DNA of 64,000 bases, from assembly GCA_964057225.1 (NCBI GenBank), contig OZ059900.1, positions 22,444,001-22,508,000 of the forward strand, given 5' to 3'. Positions 12,083 through 27,293 of the stretch are shown one piece after another; the first letter of the stretch is position 1; every line of letters begins with the position of its first letter. Made by a program: the position numbers and the translations under genes. Source of the DNA: Auanema rhodensis (taxonomy: Eukaryota; Animalia; Nematoda). Below the pieces are notes generated by a model, which made no database searches, had not been told where the DNA came from, and worked only from the letters and a program-made list of their open reading frames with translations.

Positions 12083-15000
12083 TAATATTGATTAAATCGA
12101 TTTTTGTTCATATGAGTCGTCAAATGAAACGAATTTCAGGGTGTTACATACTAAAATGAAGCATTTTACATGCTGAACACTATAAAAATACAAAAACTTA
12201 GTATTTCCCATGAGAAATATTTTATTATGCTGGAAAACCAGTTTTTGGAAAGTTCGCTGTAAACAAGGTTTTGACTTACGATTTCATGTGTTCAAACTCA
12301 TGCAATGTCAATGAAACCTAGCTCAAAATTGTTCCTACAACGTCTTATTCCACTTTCACGACAAAAAAACAGGGGTTAGAAAATTAAGGAAATTAGCATA
12401 TTCTGAGGGCACGCCCCTTATGGCTAATATTGATTAAATCGATTTTTGTTCATATGAGTCGTCAAATGCAACGAATTTCAGCGTGTTACATACTAAAATG
12501 AAGTATTTTACATGCTGAACACTAGAAAAATACAAAAACACAGTATTTCCCATGAGAAATATTTTATTATGCTGGAAAACCAGTTTTTGGAAATTTCGCT
12601 GTAAACAAGGTTTTGACTTACGATTTCATGTGTTCAAACTCATGCAATGTCAATGAAACCTAGCTCAAAATTGTTCCTACAACGTCTAGTTCCACTTTCA
12701 CGACAAAAAACAGGGGTTAGAAAATTAAGGAAATTAGCATATTCTGAGGGCACGCCCCTTATGGCTAATATTGATTAAATCGATTTTTGTTCATATGAGT
12801 CGTCAAATGCAACGAATTTCAGCGTGTTACATACTAAAATGAAGCATTTTACATGCTGAACACTAGAAAAATACAAAAACACAGTATTTCCCATGAGAAA
12901 TATTTTATTATGCTGGAAAACCACTTTTTGGAAATTTCGCTGTAAACAAGGTTTTGACTTACGATTTCATGTGTTCAAACTCATGCAATGTCAATGAAAC
13001 CTAGCTCAAAACTGTTCCTACAACGTCTAGTTCCACTTTCACGACAAAAAAACAGGGGTTAGAAAATTAAGGAAATTAGCATATTCTGAGGGCACGACCT
13101 TTATGGCTAATATTGATTAAATCGATTTTTGTTCATATGAGTCGTCAAATGCAACGAATTTCAGCGTGTTACATACTAAAGTGAAGCATTTTACATGCTG
13201 AACACTATAAAAATACAAAAACACAGTATTTCCCATGAGAAATATTTTATTATGCTGGAAAACCAGTTTTTGGAAATTTCGCTGTAAACAAGGTTTTGAC
13301 TTACGATTTCATGTGTTCAAACTCATGCAATGTCAATGAAACCTAGCTCAAAACTGTTCGTACAACGTCTAGTTCCACTTTCACGACAAAAAAACAGGGG
13401 TTAGAAAATTTAGGAAATTAGCATATTCTGAGGGCACGCCCCTTATGGCTAATATTGATTAAATCGATTTTTGTTCATATGAGTCGTCAAATGCAACGAA
13501 TTTCAGCGTGTTACATACTAAAATGAAGTATTTTACATGCTGAACACTAGAAAAATACAAAAACACAGTATTTCCCATAAGAAATATTTTATTATGCTGG
13601 AAAACCAGTTTTTGGAAATTTCGCTGTAAACAAGGTTTTGACTTACGATTTCATGTGTTCAAACTCATGCAATGTCAATGAAACCTAGCTCAAAATTGTT
13701 CGTACAACGTCTAGTTCCACTTTCACGACAAAAAAACAGGGGTTAGAAAATTAAGGAAATTAGCATATTCTGAGGGCACGCCCCTTATGGCTAATATTGA
13801 TTAAATCGATTTTTGTTCATATGAGTCGTCAAATGCAACGAATTTCAGCGTGTTACATACTGAAATGAAGCATTTTACATGCTGAACACTAGAAAAATAC
13901 AAAAACACAGTTTTTCCCATGAGAAATATTTTATTATGCTGGAAAACCAGTTTTTGGAAATTTCGCTGTAAACAAGGTTTTGACTTACGATTTCATGTGT
14001 TCAAACTCATGCAATGTCAATGAAACCTAGCTCAAAACTGTTCGTACAACGTCTAGTTCCACTTTCACGACAAAAAAACAGGGTAATATTGATTAAATCG
14101 ATTTTTGTTCATATGAGTCGTCAAATGAAACGAATTTCAGGGTGTTACATACTAAAATGAAGCATTTTACATGCTGAACACTATAAAAATACAAAAACTT
14201 AGTATTTCCCATGAGAAATATTTTATTATGCTGGAAAACCAGTTTTTGGAAAGTTCGCTGTAAACAAGGTTTTGACTTACGATTTCATGTGTTCAAACTC
14301 ATGCAATGTCAATGAAACCTAGCTCAAAATTGTTCCTACAACGTCTTATTCCACTTTCACGACAAAAAAACAGGGGTTAGAAAATTAAGGAAATTAGCAT
14401 ATTCTGAGGGCACGCCCCTTATGGCTAATATTGATTAAATCGATTTTTGTTCATATGAGTCGTCAAATGCAACGAATTTCAGCGTGTTACATACTAAAAT
14501 GAAGTATTTTACATGCTGAACACTAGAAAAATACAAAAACACAGTATTTCCCATGAGAAATATTTTATTATGCTGGAAAACCAGTTTTTGGAAATTTCGC
14601 TGTAAACAAGGTTTTGACTTACGATTTCATGTGTTCAAACTCATGCAATGTCAATGAAACCTAGCTCAAAATTGTTCCTACAACGTCTAGTTCCACTTTC
14701 ACGACAAAAAACAGGGGTTAGAAAATTAAGGAAATTAGCATATTCTGAGGGCACGCCCCTTATGGCTAATATTGATTAAATCGATTTTTGTTCATATGAG
14801 TCGTCAAATGCAACGAATTTCAGCGTGTTACATACTAAAATGAAGCATTTTACATGCTGAACACTAGAAAAATACAAAAACACAGTATTTCCCATGAGAA
14901 ATATTTTATTATGCTGGAAAACCACTTTTTGGAAATTTCGCTGTAAACAAGGTTTTGACTTACGATTTCATGTGTTCAAACTCATGCAATGTCAATGAAA

Positions 15001-16084
15001 CCTAGCTCAAAACTGTTCCTACAACGTCTAGTTCCACTTTCACGACAAAAAAACAGGGGTTAGAAAATTAAGGAAATTAGCATATTCTGAGGGCACGACC
15101 TTTATGGCTAATATTGATTAAATCGATTTTTGTTCATATGAGTCGTCAAATGCAACGAATTTCAGCGTGTTACATACTAAAGTGAAGCATTTTACATGCT
15201 GAACACTATAAAAATACAAAAACACAGTATTTCCCATGAGAAATATTTTATTATGCTGGAAAACCAGTTTTTGGAAATTTCGCTGTAAACAAGGTTTTGA
15301 CTTACGATTTCATGTGTTCAAACTCATGCAATGTCAATGAAACCTAGCTCAAAACTGTTCGTACAACGTCTAGTTCCACTTTCACGACAAAAAAACAGGG
15401 GTTAGAAAATTTAGGAAATTAGCATATTCTGAGGGCACGCCCCTTATGGCTAATATTGATTAAATCGATTTTTGTTCATATGAGTCGTCAAATGCAACGA
15501 ATTTCAGCGTGTTACATACTAAAATGAAGTATTTTACATGCTGAACACTAGAAAAATACAAAAACACAGTATTTCCCATAAGAAATATTTTATTATGCTG
15601 GAAAACCAGTTTTTGGAAATTTCGCTGTAAACAAGGTTTTGACTTACGATTTCATGTGTTCAAACTCATGCAATGTCAATGAAACCTAGCTCAAAATTGT
15701 TCGTACAACGTCTAGTTCCACTTTCACGACAAAAAAACAGGGGTTAGAAAATTAAGGAAATTAGCATATTCTGAGGGCACGCCCCTTATGGCTAATATTG
15801 ATTAAATCGATTTTTGTTCATATGAGTCGTCAAATGCAACGAATTTCAGCGTGTTACATACTGAAATGAAGCATTTTACATGCTGAACACTAGAAAAATA
15901 CAAAAACACAGTTTTTCCCATGAGAAATATTTTATTATGCTGGAAAACCAGTTTTTGGAAATTTCGCTGTAAACAAGGTTTTGACTTACGATTTCATGTG
16001 TTCAAACTCATGCAATGTCAATGAAACCTAGCTCAAAACTGTTCGTACAACGTCTAGTTCCACTTTCACGACAAAAAAACAGGG
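12083..16084 (+). repeat. 2001-bp direct tandem duplication (12083-14083 and 14084-16084)
   Basis: Rare markers ACTTAG, GTCTTATT, A6+CCACT, GACCTTT and ACTGAAA recur in order at exactly +2001 bp (e.g. monomer starts 12307/14308, 12990/14991). Confidence 0.88.
14016..14307 (+). repeat. Truncated 292-bp monomer lacking monomer positions 69-118 (50 bp)
   Basis: The sequence reads ...AAAACAGGG|TAATATTGATT... at 14083/14084, and the next monomer starts 292 bp after this one. Confidence 0.97.
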
Positions 16085-19000
16085 GTTAGAAAATTAAGGA
16101 AATTAGCATATTCTGAGGGCACGCCCCTTATGGCTAATATTGATTAAATCGATTTTTGTTCATATGAGTCGTCAAATGCAACGAATTTCAGCGTGTTACA
16201 CACTAAAATGAAGCATTTTACATGCTGAACACTAGAAAAATACAAAAACACAGTATTTCCCATGAGAAATATTTTATTATACTGGAAACCAGTTTTTGGA
16301 ATTTTCGCTGTAAACAAGGTTTTGACTTACGATTTCATGTGTTCAAACTCATGCAATGTCAATGAAACCTAGCTCAAAATTGTTCCTACAACGTCTAGTT
16401 CCACTTTCACGACAAAAAAACAGGGGTTAGAAATTTTAGGAAATTAGCATATTCTGAGGGCACGCCCCTTATGGCTAATATTGATTAAATCGATTTTTGT
16501 TCATATGAGTCGTCAAATGCAACGAATTTCAGCGTGTTACACACTAAAATGAAGCATTTTACATGCTGAACACTAGAAAAATACAAAAACACAGTTTTTC
16601 CCATGAGAAATATTTTATTATGCTGGAAAACCAGTTTTTGGAAATTTCGCTGTAAACAAGGTTTTGACTTACGATTTCATGTGTTCAAACTCATGCAATG
16701 TCAATGAAACCTAGCTCAAAATTGTTCGTACAACGTCTAGTTCCACTTTCACGACAAAAAAACAGGGGTTAGAAAATTTAGGAAATTAGCATATTCTGAG
16801 GGCACGCCCCTTATGGCTAATATTGATTAAATCGATTTTTGTTCATATGAGTCGTCAAATGCAACGAATTTCATCGTGTTACATACTAAAATGAAGTATT
16901 TTACATGCTGAACACTAGAAAAATACAAAAACACAGTATTTCCCATGAGAAATATTTTATTATGCTGGAAAACCAGTTTTTGGAAGTTTCGCTGTAAACA
17001 AGGTTTTGACTTACGATTTCATGTGTTCAAACTCATGCAATGTCAATGAAACCTAGCTCAAAATTGTTCCTACAACGTCTAATTCCACTTTCACGACAAA
17101 AAAACAGGGGTTAGAAAATTAAGGAAATTAGCATATTCTGAGGGCACGCCCCTTATGGCTAATATTGATTAAATCGATTTTTGTTCATATGAGTCGTCAA
17201 ATGCAACGAATTTCAGCGTGTTACATACTAAAATGAAGCATTTTACATGCTGAACACTAGAAAAATACAAAAACACAGTATTTCCCATGAGAAATATTTT
17301 ATTATGCTGGAAAACCAGTTTTTGGAAATTTCGCTGTAAACAAGGTTTTGACTTACGATTTCATGTGTTCAAACTCATGCAATGAAAATGAAACCTAGCT
17401 CAAAATTGTTCCTACAACGTCTAGTTCCACTTTCACGACAACAAAACAGGGGTTAGAAAATTAAGGAAATTAGCATATTCTGAGGGCACGCCCCTTATGG
17501 CTAATATTGATTAAATCGATTTTTGTTCATATGAGTCGTCAAATGCAACGAATTTCAGCCTGTTACATACTAAAATGAAGCATTTCACATGCTGAACACT
17601 AGAAAAATACAAAAACACAGTATTTCCCATGAGAAATATTTTATTATGCTGGAAAACCAGTTTTTGGAAAGTTCGCTGTAAACAAGGTTTTGACTTACGA
17701 TTTCATGTGTTCAAACTCATGCAATGTCAATGAAACCTAGCTCAAAATTGTTCGTACAACGTCTAGTTCCACTTTCACGACAAAAAAACAGGGGTTAGAA
17801 AATTAAGGAAATTAGCATATTCTGAGGGCACGCCCCTTATGGCTAATATTGATTAAATCGATTTTTGTTCATATGAGTCGTCAAATGCAATTAATTTCAG
17901 CGTGTTACATACTAAAATGAAGCATTTTACATGCTGAACACTAAAAAAATACAAAAACACAGTATTTCCCATGAGAAATATTTTATTATGCTGGAAAACG
18001 AGTTTTTGGAAATTTCGCTGTAAACAAGGTTTTGACTTACGATTTCATGTGTTCAAACTCATGCAATGTCAATGAAACCTAGCTCAAAATTGTTCCTACA
18101 ACGTCTAGTTCCACTTTCACGACAAAAAAACAGGGGTTAGACAATTAAGGAAATTAGCATATTCTGAGGGCACGCCCCTTATGGCTAATATTGATTAAAT
18201 CGATTTTTGTTCATATGAGTCGTCAAATGCAACGAATTTCAGCGTGTTACATACTTAAATGAAGCATTTTACATGCTGAACACTAGAAAAATACAAAAAC
18301 ACAGTATTTCCCATGAGAAATATTTTATTATACTGGAAACCAGTTTTTGGAATTTTCGCTGTAAACAAGGTTTTGACTTACGATTTCATGTGTTCAAACT
18401 CATGCAATGTCAATGAAACCTAGCTCAAAACTGTTCGTACAACGTCTAGTTCCACTTTCACGACAAAAAAACAGGGGTTAGAAAATTTAGGAAATTAGCA
18501 TATTCTGAGGGCACGCCCCTTATGGCTAATATTGATTAAATCGATTTTTGTTCATATGAGTCGTCAAATGCAACGAATTTCAGCGTGTTACATACTAAAA
18601 TGAAGTATTTTACATGCTGAACACTAGAAAAGTACAAAAACACAGTATTTCCCATAAGAAATATTTTATTATACTGGAAACCAGTTTTTGGAATTTTCGC
18701 TGTAAACAAGGTTTTGACTTACGATTTCATGTGTTCAAACTCATGCAATGTCAATGAAACCTAGCTCAAAATTGTTCGTACAACGTCTAGTTCCACTTTC
18801 ACGACAAAAAAACAGGGGTTAGAAAATTAAGGAAATTAGCATATTCTGAGGGCACGCCCCTTATGGCTAATATTGATTAAATCGATTTTTGTTCATATGA
18901 GTCGTCAAATGCAATTAATTTCAGCGTGTTACATACTTAAATGAAGCATTTTACATGCTGAACACTAGAAAAATACAAAAACACAGTATTTCCCATGAGA

Positions 19001-22000
19001 AATATTTTATTATACTGGAAACCAGTTTTTGGAATTTTCGCTGTAAACAAGGTTTTGACTTACGATTTCATGTGTTCAAACTCATGCAATGTCAATGAAA
19101 CCTAGCTCAAAACTGTTCGTACAACGTCTAGTTCCACTTTCACGACAAAAAAACAGGGGTTAGAAAATTTAGGAAATTAGCATATTCTGAGGGCACGCCC
19201 CTTATGGCTAATATTGATTAAATCGATTTTTGTTCATATGAGTCGTCAAATGAAACGAATTTCAGGGTGTTACATACTAAAATGAAGCATTTTACATGCT
19301 GAACACTATAAAAATACAAAAACTTAGTATTTCCCATGAGAAATATTTTATTATGCTGGAAAACCAGTTTTTGGAAAGTTCGCTGTAAACAAGGTTTTGA
19401 CTTACGATTTCATGTGTTCAAACTCATGCAATGTCAATGAAACCTAGCTCAAAATTGTTCCTACAACGTCTTATTCCACTTTCACGACAAAAAAACAGGG
19501 GTTAGAAAATTAAGGAAATTAGCATATTCTGAGGGCACGCCCCTTATGGCTAATATTGATTAAATCGATTTTTGTTCATATGAGTCGTCAAATGCAACGA
19601 ATTTCAGCGTGTTACATACTAAAATGAAGCATTTTACATGCTGAACACTAGAAAAATACAAAAACACAGTATTTCCCATGAGAAATATTTTATTATGCTG
19701 GAAAACCAGTTTTTGGAAATTTCGCTGTAAACAAGGTTTTGACTTACGATTTCATGTGTTCAAACTCATGCAATGAAAATGAAACCTAGCTCAAAATTGT
19801 TCCTACAACGTCTAGTTCCACTTTCACGACAACAAAACAAGGGTTAGAAAATTAAGGAAATTAGCATATTCTGAGGGCACGCCCCTTATGGCTAATATTG
19901 ATTAAATCGATTTTTGTTCATATGAGTCGTCAAATGCAACGAATTTCAGCCTGTTACATACTAAAATGAAGCATTTCACATGCTGAACACTAGAAAAATA
20001 CAAAAACACAGTATTTCCCATGAGAAATATTTTATTATGCTGGAAAACCAGTTTTTGGAAAGTTCGCTGTAAACAAGGTTTTGACTTACGATTTCATGTG
20101 TTCAAACTCATGCAATGTCAATGAAACCTAGCTCAAAATTGTTCGTACAACGTCTAGTTCCACTTTCACGACAAAAAAACAGGGGTTAGAAAATTAAGGA
20201 AATTAGCATATTCTGAGGGCACGCCCCTTATGGCTAATATTGATTAAATCGATTTTTGTTCATATGAGTCGTCAAATGCAATTAATTTCAGCGTGTTACA
20301 TACTAAAATGAAGCATTTTACATGCTGAACACTAAAAAAATACAAAAACACAGTATTTCCCATGAGAAATATTTTATTATGCTGGAAAACGAGTTTTTGG
20401 AAATTTCGCTGTAAACAAGGTTTTGACTTACGATTTCATGTGTTCAAACTCATGCAATGTCAATGAAACCTAGCTCAAAATTGTTCCTACAACGTCTAGT
20501 TCCACTTTCACGACAAAAAAACAGGGGTTAGACAATTAAGGAAATTAGCATATTCTGAGGGCACGCCCCTTATGGCTAATATTGATTAAATCGATTTTTG
20601 TTCATATGAGTCGTCAAATGCAACGAATTTCAGCGTGTTACATACTTAAATGAAGCATTTTACATGCTGAACACTAGAAAAATACAAAAACACAGTATTT
20701 CCCATGAGAAATATTTTATTATACTGGAAACCAGTTTTTGGAATTTTCGCTGTAAACAAGGTTTTGACTTACGATTTCATGTGTTCAAACTCATGCAATG
20801 TCAATGAAACCTAGCTCAAAACTGTTCGTACAACGTCTAGTTCCACTTTCACGACAAAAAAACAGGGGTTAGAAAATTTAGGAAATTAGCATATTCTGAG
20901 GGCACGCCCCTTATGGCTAATATTGATTAAATCGATTTTTGTTCATATGAGTCGTCAAATGCAACGAATTTCAGCGTGTTACATACTAAAATGAAGTATT
21001 TTACATGCTGAACACTAGAAAAGTACAAAAACACAGTATTTCCCATAAGAAATATTTTATTATACTGGAAACCAGTTTTTGGAATTTTCGCTGTAAACAA
21101 GGTTTTGACTTACGATTTCATGTGTTCAAACTCATGCAATGTCAATGAAACCTAGCTCAAAATTGTTCGTACAACGTCTAGTTCCACTTTCACGACAAAA
21201 AAACAGGGGTTAGAAAATTAAGGAAATTAGCATATTCTGAGGGCACGCCCCTTATGGCTAATATTGATTAAATCGATTTTTGTTCATATGAGTCGTCAAA
21301 TGCAATTAATTTCAGCGTGTTACATACTTAAATGAAGCATTTTACATGCTGAACACTAGAAAAATACAAAAACACAGTATTTCCCATGAGAAATATTTTA
21401 TTATACTGGAAACCAGTTTTTGGAATTTTCGCTGTAAACAAGGTTTTGACTTACGATTTCATGTGTTCAAACTCATGCAATGTCAATGAAACCTAGCTCA
21501 AAACTGTTCGTACAACGTCTAGTTCCACTTTCACGACAAAAAAACAGGGGTTAGAAAATTTAGGAAATTAGCATATTCTGAGGGCACGCCCCTTATGGCT
21601 AATATTGATTAAATCGATTTTTGTTCATATGAGTCGTCAAATGCAACGAATTTCAGCGTGTTACATACTAAAATGAAGCATTTTACATGCTGAACACTAG
21701 AAAAATACAAAAACACAGTTTTTCCCATGAGAAATATTTTATTATGCTGGAAAACCAGTTTTTGGAAATTTCGCTGTAAACAAGGTTTTGACTTACGATT
21801 TCATGTGTTCAAACTCATGCAATGTCAATGAAACCTAGCTCAAAATTGTTCGTACAACGTCTAGTTCCACTTTCACGACAAAAAAACAGGGGTTAGAAAA
21901 TTTAGGAAATTAGCATATTCTGAGGGCACGCCCCTTATGGCTAATATTGATTAAATCGATTTTTGTTCATATGAGTCGTCAAATGCAACGAATTTCATCG

Positions 22001-25000
22001 TGTTACATACTAAAATGAAGTATTTTACATGCTGAACACTAGAAAAATACAAAAACACAGTATTTCCCATAAGAAATGTTTTATTATACTGGAAACCAGT
22101 TTTTGGAATTTTCGCTGTAAACAAGGTTTTGACTTACGATTTCATGTGTTCAAACTCATGCAATGTCAATGAAACCTAGCTCAAAACTGTTCGTACAACG
22201 TCTAGTTCCACTTTCACGACAAAAAAACAGGGGTTAGAAAATTTAGGAAATTAGCATATTCTGAGGGCACGCCCCTTATGGCTAATATTGATTAAATCGA
22301 TTTTTGTTCATATGAGTCGTCAAATGCAACGAATTTCATCGTGTTACATACTAAAATGAAGTATTTTACATGCTGAACACTAGAAAAGTACAAAAACACA
22401 GTATTTCCCATAAGAAATATTTTATTATACTGGAAAACAGTTTTTGGAATTTTCGCTGTAAACAAGGTTTTGACTTACGATTTCATGTGTTCAAACTCAT
22501 GCAATGTCAATGAAACCTAGCTCAAAATTGTTCGTACAACGTCTAGTTCCACTTTCACGACAAAAAAACAGGGGTTAGAAAATTTAGGAAATTAGCATAT
22601 TCTGAGGGCACGCCCCTTATGGCTAATATTGATTAAATCGATTTTTGTTCATATGAGTCGTCAAATGCAACGAATTTCAGCGTGTTACATACTAAAATGA
22701 AGCATTTTACATGCTGAACACTAGAAAAATACAAAAACACAGTTTTTCCCATGAGAAATATTTTATTATGCTGGAAAACCAGTTTTTGGAAATTTCGCTG
22801 TAAACAAGGTTTTGACTTACGATTTCATGTGTTCAAACTCATGCAATGTCAATGAAACCTAGCTCAAAATTGTTCGTACAACGTCTAGTTCCACTTTCAC
22901 GACAAAAAAACAGGGGTTAGAAAATTTAGGAAATTAGCATATTCTGAGGGCACGCCCCTTATGGCTAATATTGATTAAATCGATTTTTGTTCATATGAGT
23001 CGTCAAATGCAACGAATTTCATCGTGTTACATACTAAAATGAAGTATTTTACATGCTGAACACTAGAAAAATACAAAAACACAGTATTTCCCATGAGAAA
23101 TATTTTATTATGCTGGAAAACCAGTTTTTGGAAGTTTCGCTGTAAACAAGGTTTTGACTTACGATTTCATGTGTTCAAACTCATGCAATGTCAATGAAAC
23201 CTAGCTCAAAATTGTTCCTACAACGTCTAGTTCCACTTTCACGACAAAAAAACAGGGGTTAGAAAATTTAGGAAATTAGCATATTCTGAGGGCACGCCCC
23301 TTATGGCTAATATTGATTAAATCGATTTTTGTTCATATGAGTCGTCAAATGCAACGAATTTCAGCGTATTACATACTAAAATGAAGTATTTCACATGCTG
23401 AACACTAGAAAAATACAAAAACACAGTATTTCCCATGAGAAATATTTTATTATGCTGGAAAACCAGTTTTTGGAAATTTCGCTGTAAACAAGGTTTTGAC
23501 TTACGATTTCATGTGTTCAAACTCATGCAATGTCAATGAAACCTTGCTCAAAATTGTTCCTACAACGTCTAGTTCCACTTTCACGACAAAAAAACAGGGG
23601 TTAGAAAATTAAGGAAATTAGCATATTCTGAGGGCACGCCCCTTATGGCTAATATTGATTAAATCGATTTTTGTTCATATGAGTCGTCAAATGAAACGAA
23701 TTTCAGGGTGTTACATACTAAAATGAAGCATTTTACATGCTGAACACTATAAAAATACAAAAACACAGTATTTCCCATGAGAAATATTTTATTATGCTGG
23801 AAAACCAGTTTTTGGAAAGTTCGCTGTAAACAAGGTTTTGACTTACGATTTCATGTGTTCAAACTCATGCAATGTCAATGAAACCTAGCTCAAAATTGTT
23901 CCTACAACGTCTAATTCCACTTTCACGACAAAAAAACAGGGGTTAGAAAATTAAGGAAATTAGCACATTCTGAGGGCACGCCCCTTATGGCTAATATTGA
24001 TTAAATCGATTTTTGTTCATATGAGTCGTCAAATGCAACAAATTTCAGCGTGTTACATACTAAAATGAAGTATTTTACATGCTGAACACTAGAAAAATAC
24101 AAAAACACAGTTTTTCCCATGAGAAATATTTTATTATGCTGGAAAACCAGTTTTTGGAAATTTCGCTGTAAACAAGGTTTTGACTTACGATTTCATGTGT
24201 TCAAACTCATGCAATGTCAATGAAACCTAGCTCAAAATTGTTCCTACAACGTCTAGTTCCACTTTCACGACAAAAAAACAGGGGTTAGAAAATTTAGGAA
24301 ATTAGCATATTCTGAGGGCACGCCCCTTATGGCTAATATTGATTAAATCGATTTTTGTTCATATGAGTCGTCAAATGCATTGAATTTCAGCGTATTACAT
24401 ACTAAAATGAAGTATTTCACATGCTGAACACTAGAAAAATACAAAAACACAGTATTTCCCATGAGAAATATTTTATTATGCTGGAAAACCAGTTTTTGGA
24501 AATTTCGCTGTAAACAAGGTTTTGACTTACGATTTCATGTGTTCAAACTCATGCAATGTCAATGAAACCTTGCTCAAAATTGTTCCTACAACGTCTAGTT
24601 CCACTTTCACGACAAAAAAACAGGGGTTAGAAAATTAAGGAAATTAGCATATTCTGAGGGCACGCCCCTTATGGCTAATATTGATTAAATCGATTTTTGT
24701 TCATATGAGTCGTTAAATGCAACGAATTTCAGCGTGTTACATACTAAAATGAAGCATTTTACATGCTGAACACTATAAAAATACAAAAACACAGTATTTC
24801 CCATGAGAAATATTTTATTATGCTGGAAAACCAGTTTTTGGAAAGTTCGCTGTAAACAAGGTTTTGACTTACGATTTCATGTGTTCAAACTCATGCAATG
24901 TCAATGAAACCTAGCTCAAAATTGTTCGTACAACGTCTAGTTCCACTTTCACGACAAAAAAACAGGGGTTAGAAAATTAAGGAAATTAGCATATTCTGAG

Positions 25001-25241
25001 GGCACGCCCCTTATGGCTAATATTGATTAAATCGATTTTTGTTCATATGAGTCGTCAAATGCAACGAATTTCAGCGTGTTACATACTAAAATGAAGCATT
25101 TTACATGCTGAACACTAGAAAAATACAAAAACACAGTATTTCCCATGAGAAATATTTTATTATGCTGGAAAACCAGTTTTTGGAAATTTCGCTGTAAACA
25201 AGGTTTTGACTTACGATTTCATGTGTTCAAACTCATGCAAT

Positions 25242-27293
25242 GTCAATGAAACCTAGCTCAAAATTGTTCCTACAACGTCTAGTTCCACTTTCACGACAAA
25301 AAAACAGGGGTTAGAAAATTTAGGAAATTAGCATATTCTGAGGGCACGCCCCTTATGGCTAATATTGATTAAATCGATTTTTGTTCATATGAGTCGTCAA
25401 ATGCAACGAATTTCAGCGTATTACAAACTAAAATGAAGTATTTCACATGCTGAACACTAGAAAAATACAAAAACACAGTATTTCCCATGAGAAATATTTT
25501 ATTATGCTGGAAAACCAGTTTTTGGAAATTTCGCTGTAAACAAGGTTTTGACTTACGATTTCATGTGTTCAAACTCATGCAATGTCAATGAAACCTTGCT
25601 CAAAATTGTTCCTACAACGTCTAGTTCCACTTTCACGACAAAAAAACAGGGGTTAGAAAATTTAGGAAATTAGCATATTCTGAGGGCACGCCCCTTATGG
25701 CTAATATTGATTAAATCGATTTTTGTTCATATGAGTCGTCAAATGAAACGAATTTCAGGGTGTTACATACTAAAATGAAGCATTTTACATGCTGAACACT
25801 ATAAAAATACAAAAACACAGTATTTCCCATGAGAAATATTTTATTATGCTGGAAAACCAGTTTTTGGAAAGTTCGCTGTAAACAAGGTTTTGACTTACGA
25901 TTTCATGTGTTCAAACTCATGCAATGTCAATGAAACCTAGCTCAAAATTGTTCCTACAACGTCTAATTCCACTTTCACGACAAAAAAACAGGGGTTAGAA
26001 AATTAAGGAAATTAGCACATTCTGAGGGCACGCCCCTTATGGCTAATATTGATTAAATCGATTTTTGTTCATATGAGTCGTCAAATGCAACGAATTTCAG
26101 CGTGTTACATACTAAAATGAAGTATTTTACATGCTGAACACTAGAAAAATACAAAAACACAGTATTTCCCATGAGAAATATTTTATTATGCTGGAAAACC
26201 AGTTTTTGGAAATTTCGCTGTAAACAAGGTTTTGACTTACGATTTCATGTGTTCAAACTCATGCAATGTCAATGAAACCTAGCTCAAAATTGTTCCTACA
26301 ACGTCTAGTTCCACTTTCACGACAAAAAAACAGGGGTTAGAAAATTTAGGAAATTAGCATATTCTGAGGGCACGCCCCTTATGGCTAATATTGATTAAAT
26401 CGATTTTTGTTCATATGAGTCGTCAAATGCAACGAATTTCAGCGTATTACAAACTAAAATGAAGTATTTCACATGCTGAACACTAGAAAAATACAAAAAC
26501 ACAGTATTTCCCATGAGAAATATTTTATTATGCTGGAAAACCAGCTTTTGGAAATTTCGCTGTAAACAAGGTTTTGACTTACGATTTCATGTGTTCAAAC
26601 TCATGCAATGTCAATTAAACCTTGCTCAAAATTGTTCCTACAACGTCTAGTTCCACTTTCACGACAAAAAAACAGGGGTTAGAAAATTTAGGAAATTAGC
26701 ATATTCTGAGGGCACGCCCCTTATGGCTAATATTGATTAAATCGATTTTTGTTCATATGAGTCGTCAAATGAAACGAATTTCAGGGTGTTACATACTAAA
26801 ATGAAGCATTTTACATGCTGAACACTATAAAAATACAAAAACACAGTATTTCCCATGAGAAATATTTTATTATGCTGGAAAACCAGTTTTTGGAAAGTTC
26901 GCTGTAAACAAGGTTTTGACTTACGATTTCATGTGTTCAAACTCATGCAATGTCAATGAAACCTAGCTCAAAATTGTTCCTACAACGTCTAATTCCACTT
27001 TCACGACAAAAAAACAGGGGTTAGAAAATTAAGGAAATTAGCACATTCTGAGGGCACGCCCCTTATGGCTAATATTGATTAAATCGATTTTTGTTCATAT
27101 GAGTCGTCAAATGCAACGAATTTCAGCGTGTTACATACTAAAATGAAGTATTTTACATGCTGAACACTAGAAAAATACAAAAACACAGTATTTCCCATGA
27201 GAAATATTTTATTATGCTGGAAAACCAGTTTTTGGAAATTTCGCTGTAAACAAGGTTTTGACTTACGATTTCATGTGTTCAAACTCATGCAAT
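25242..27293 (+). repeat. Tandem 3-monomer duplication (25242-26267 and 26268-27293)
   Basis: The trimer [GTATTACAAA]-[CTTGC/GGGTG]-[AATT/GCAC] occurs twice. Confidence 0.85.

Larger units (their letters stand above)
9232..21481 (+). repeat. Higher-order block at 9232-12306 repeated at 16358-19432, with a third partial copy at 19775-21481
   Basis: Ordered markers recur: TTCATCG/GAAGTTT, GAAAATG+ACAACAAAA+GCCTG, CAATTAA+AACGAG, AGACAA, AAGTAC, ACTTAG. The third copy carries the GAAAATG-to-AAGTAC subset. Confidence 0.88.
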
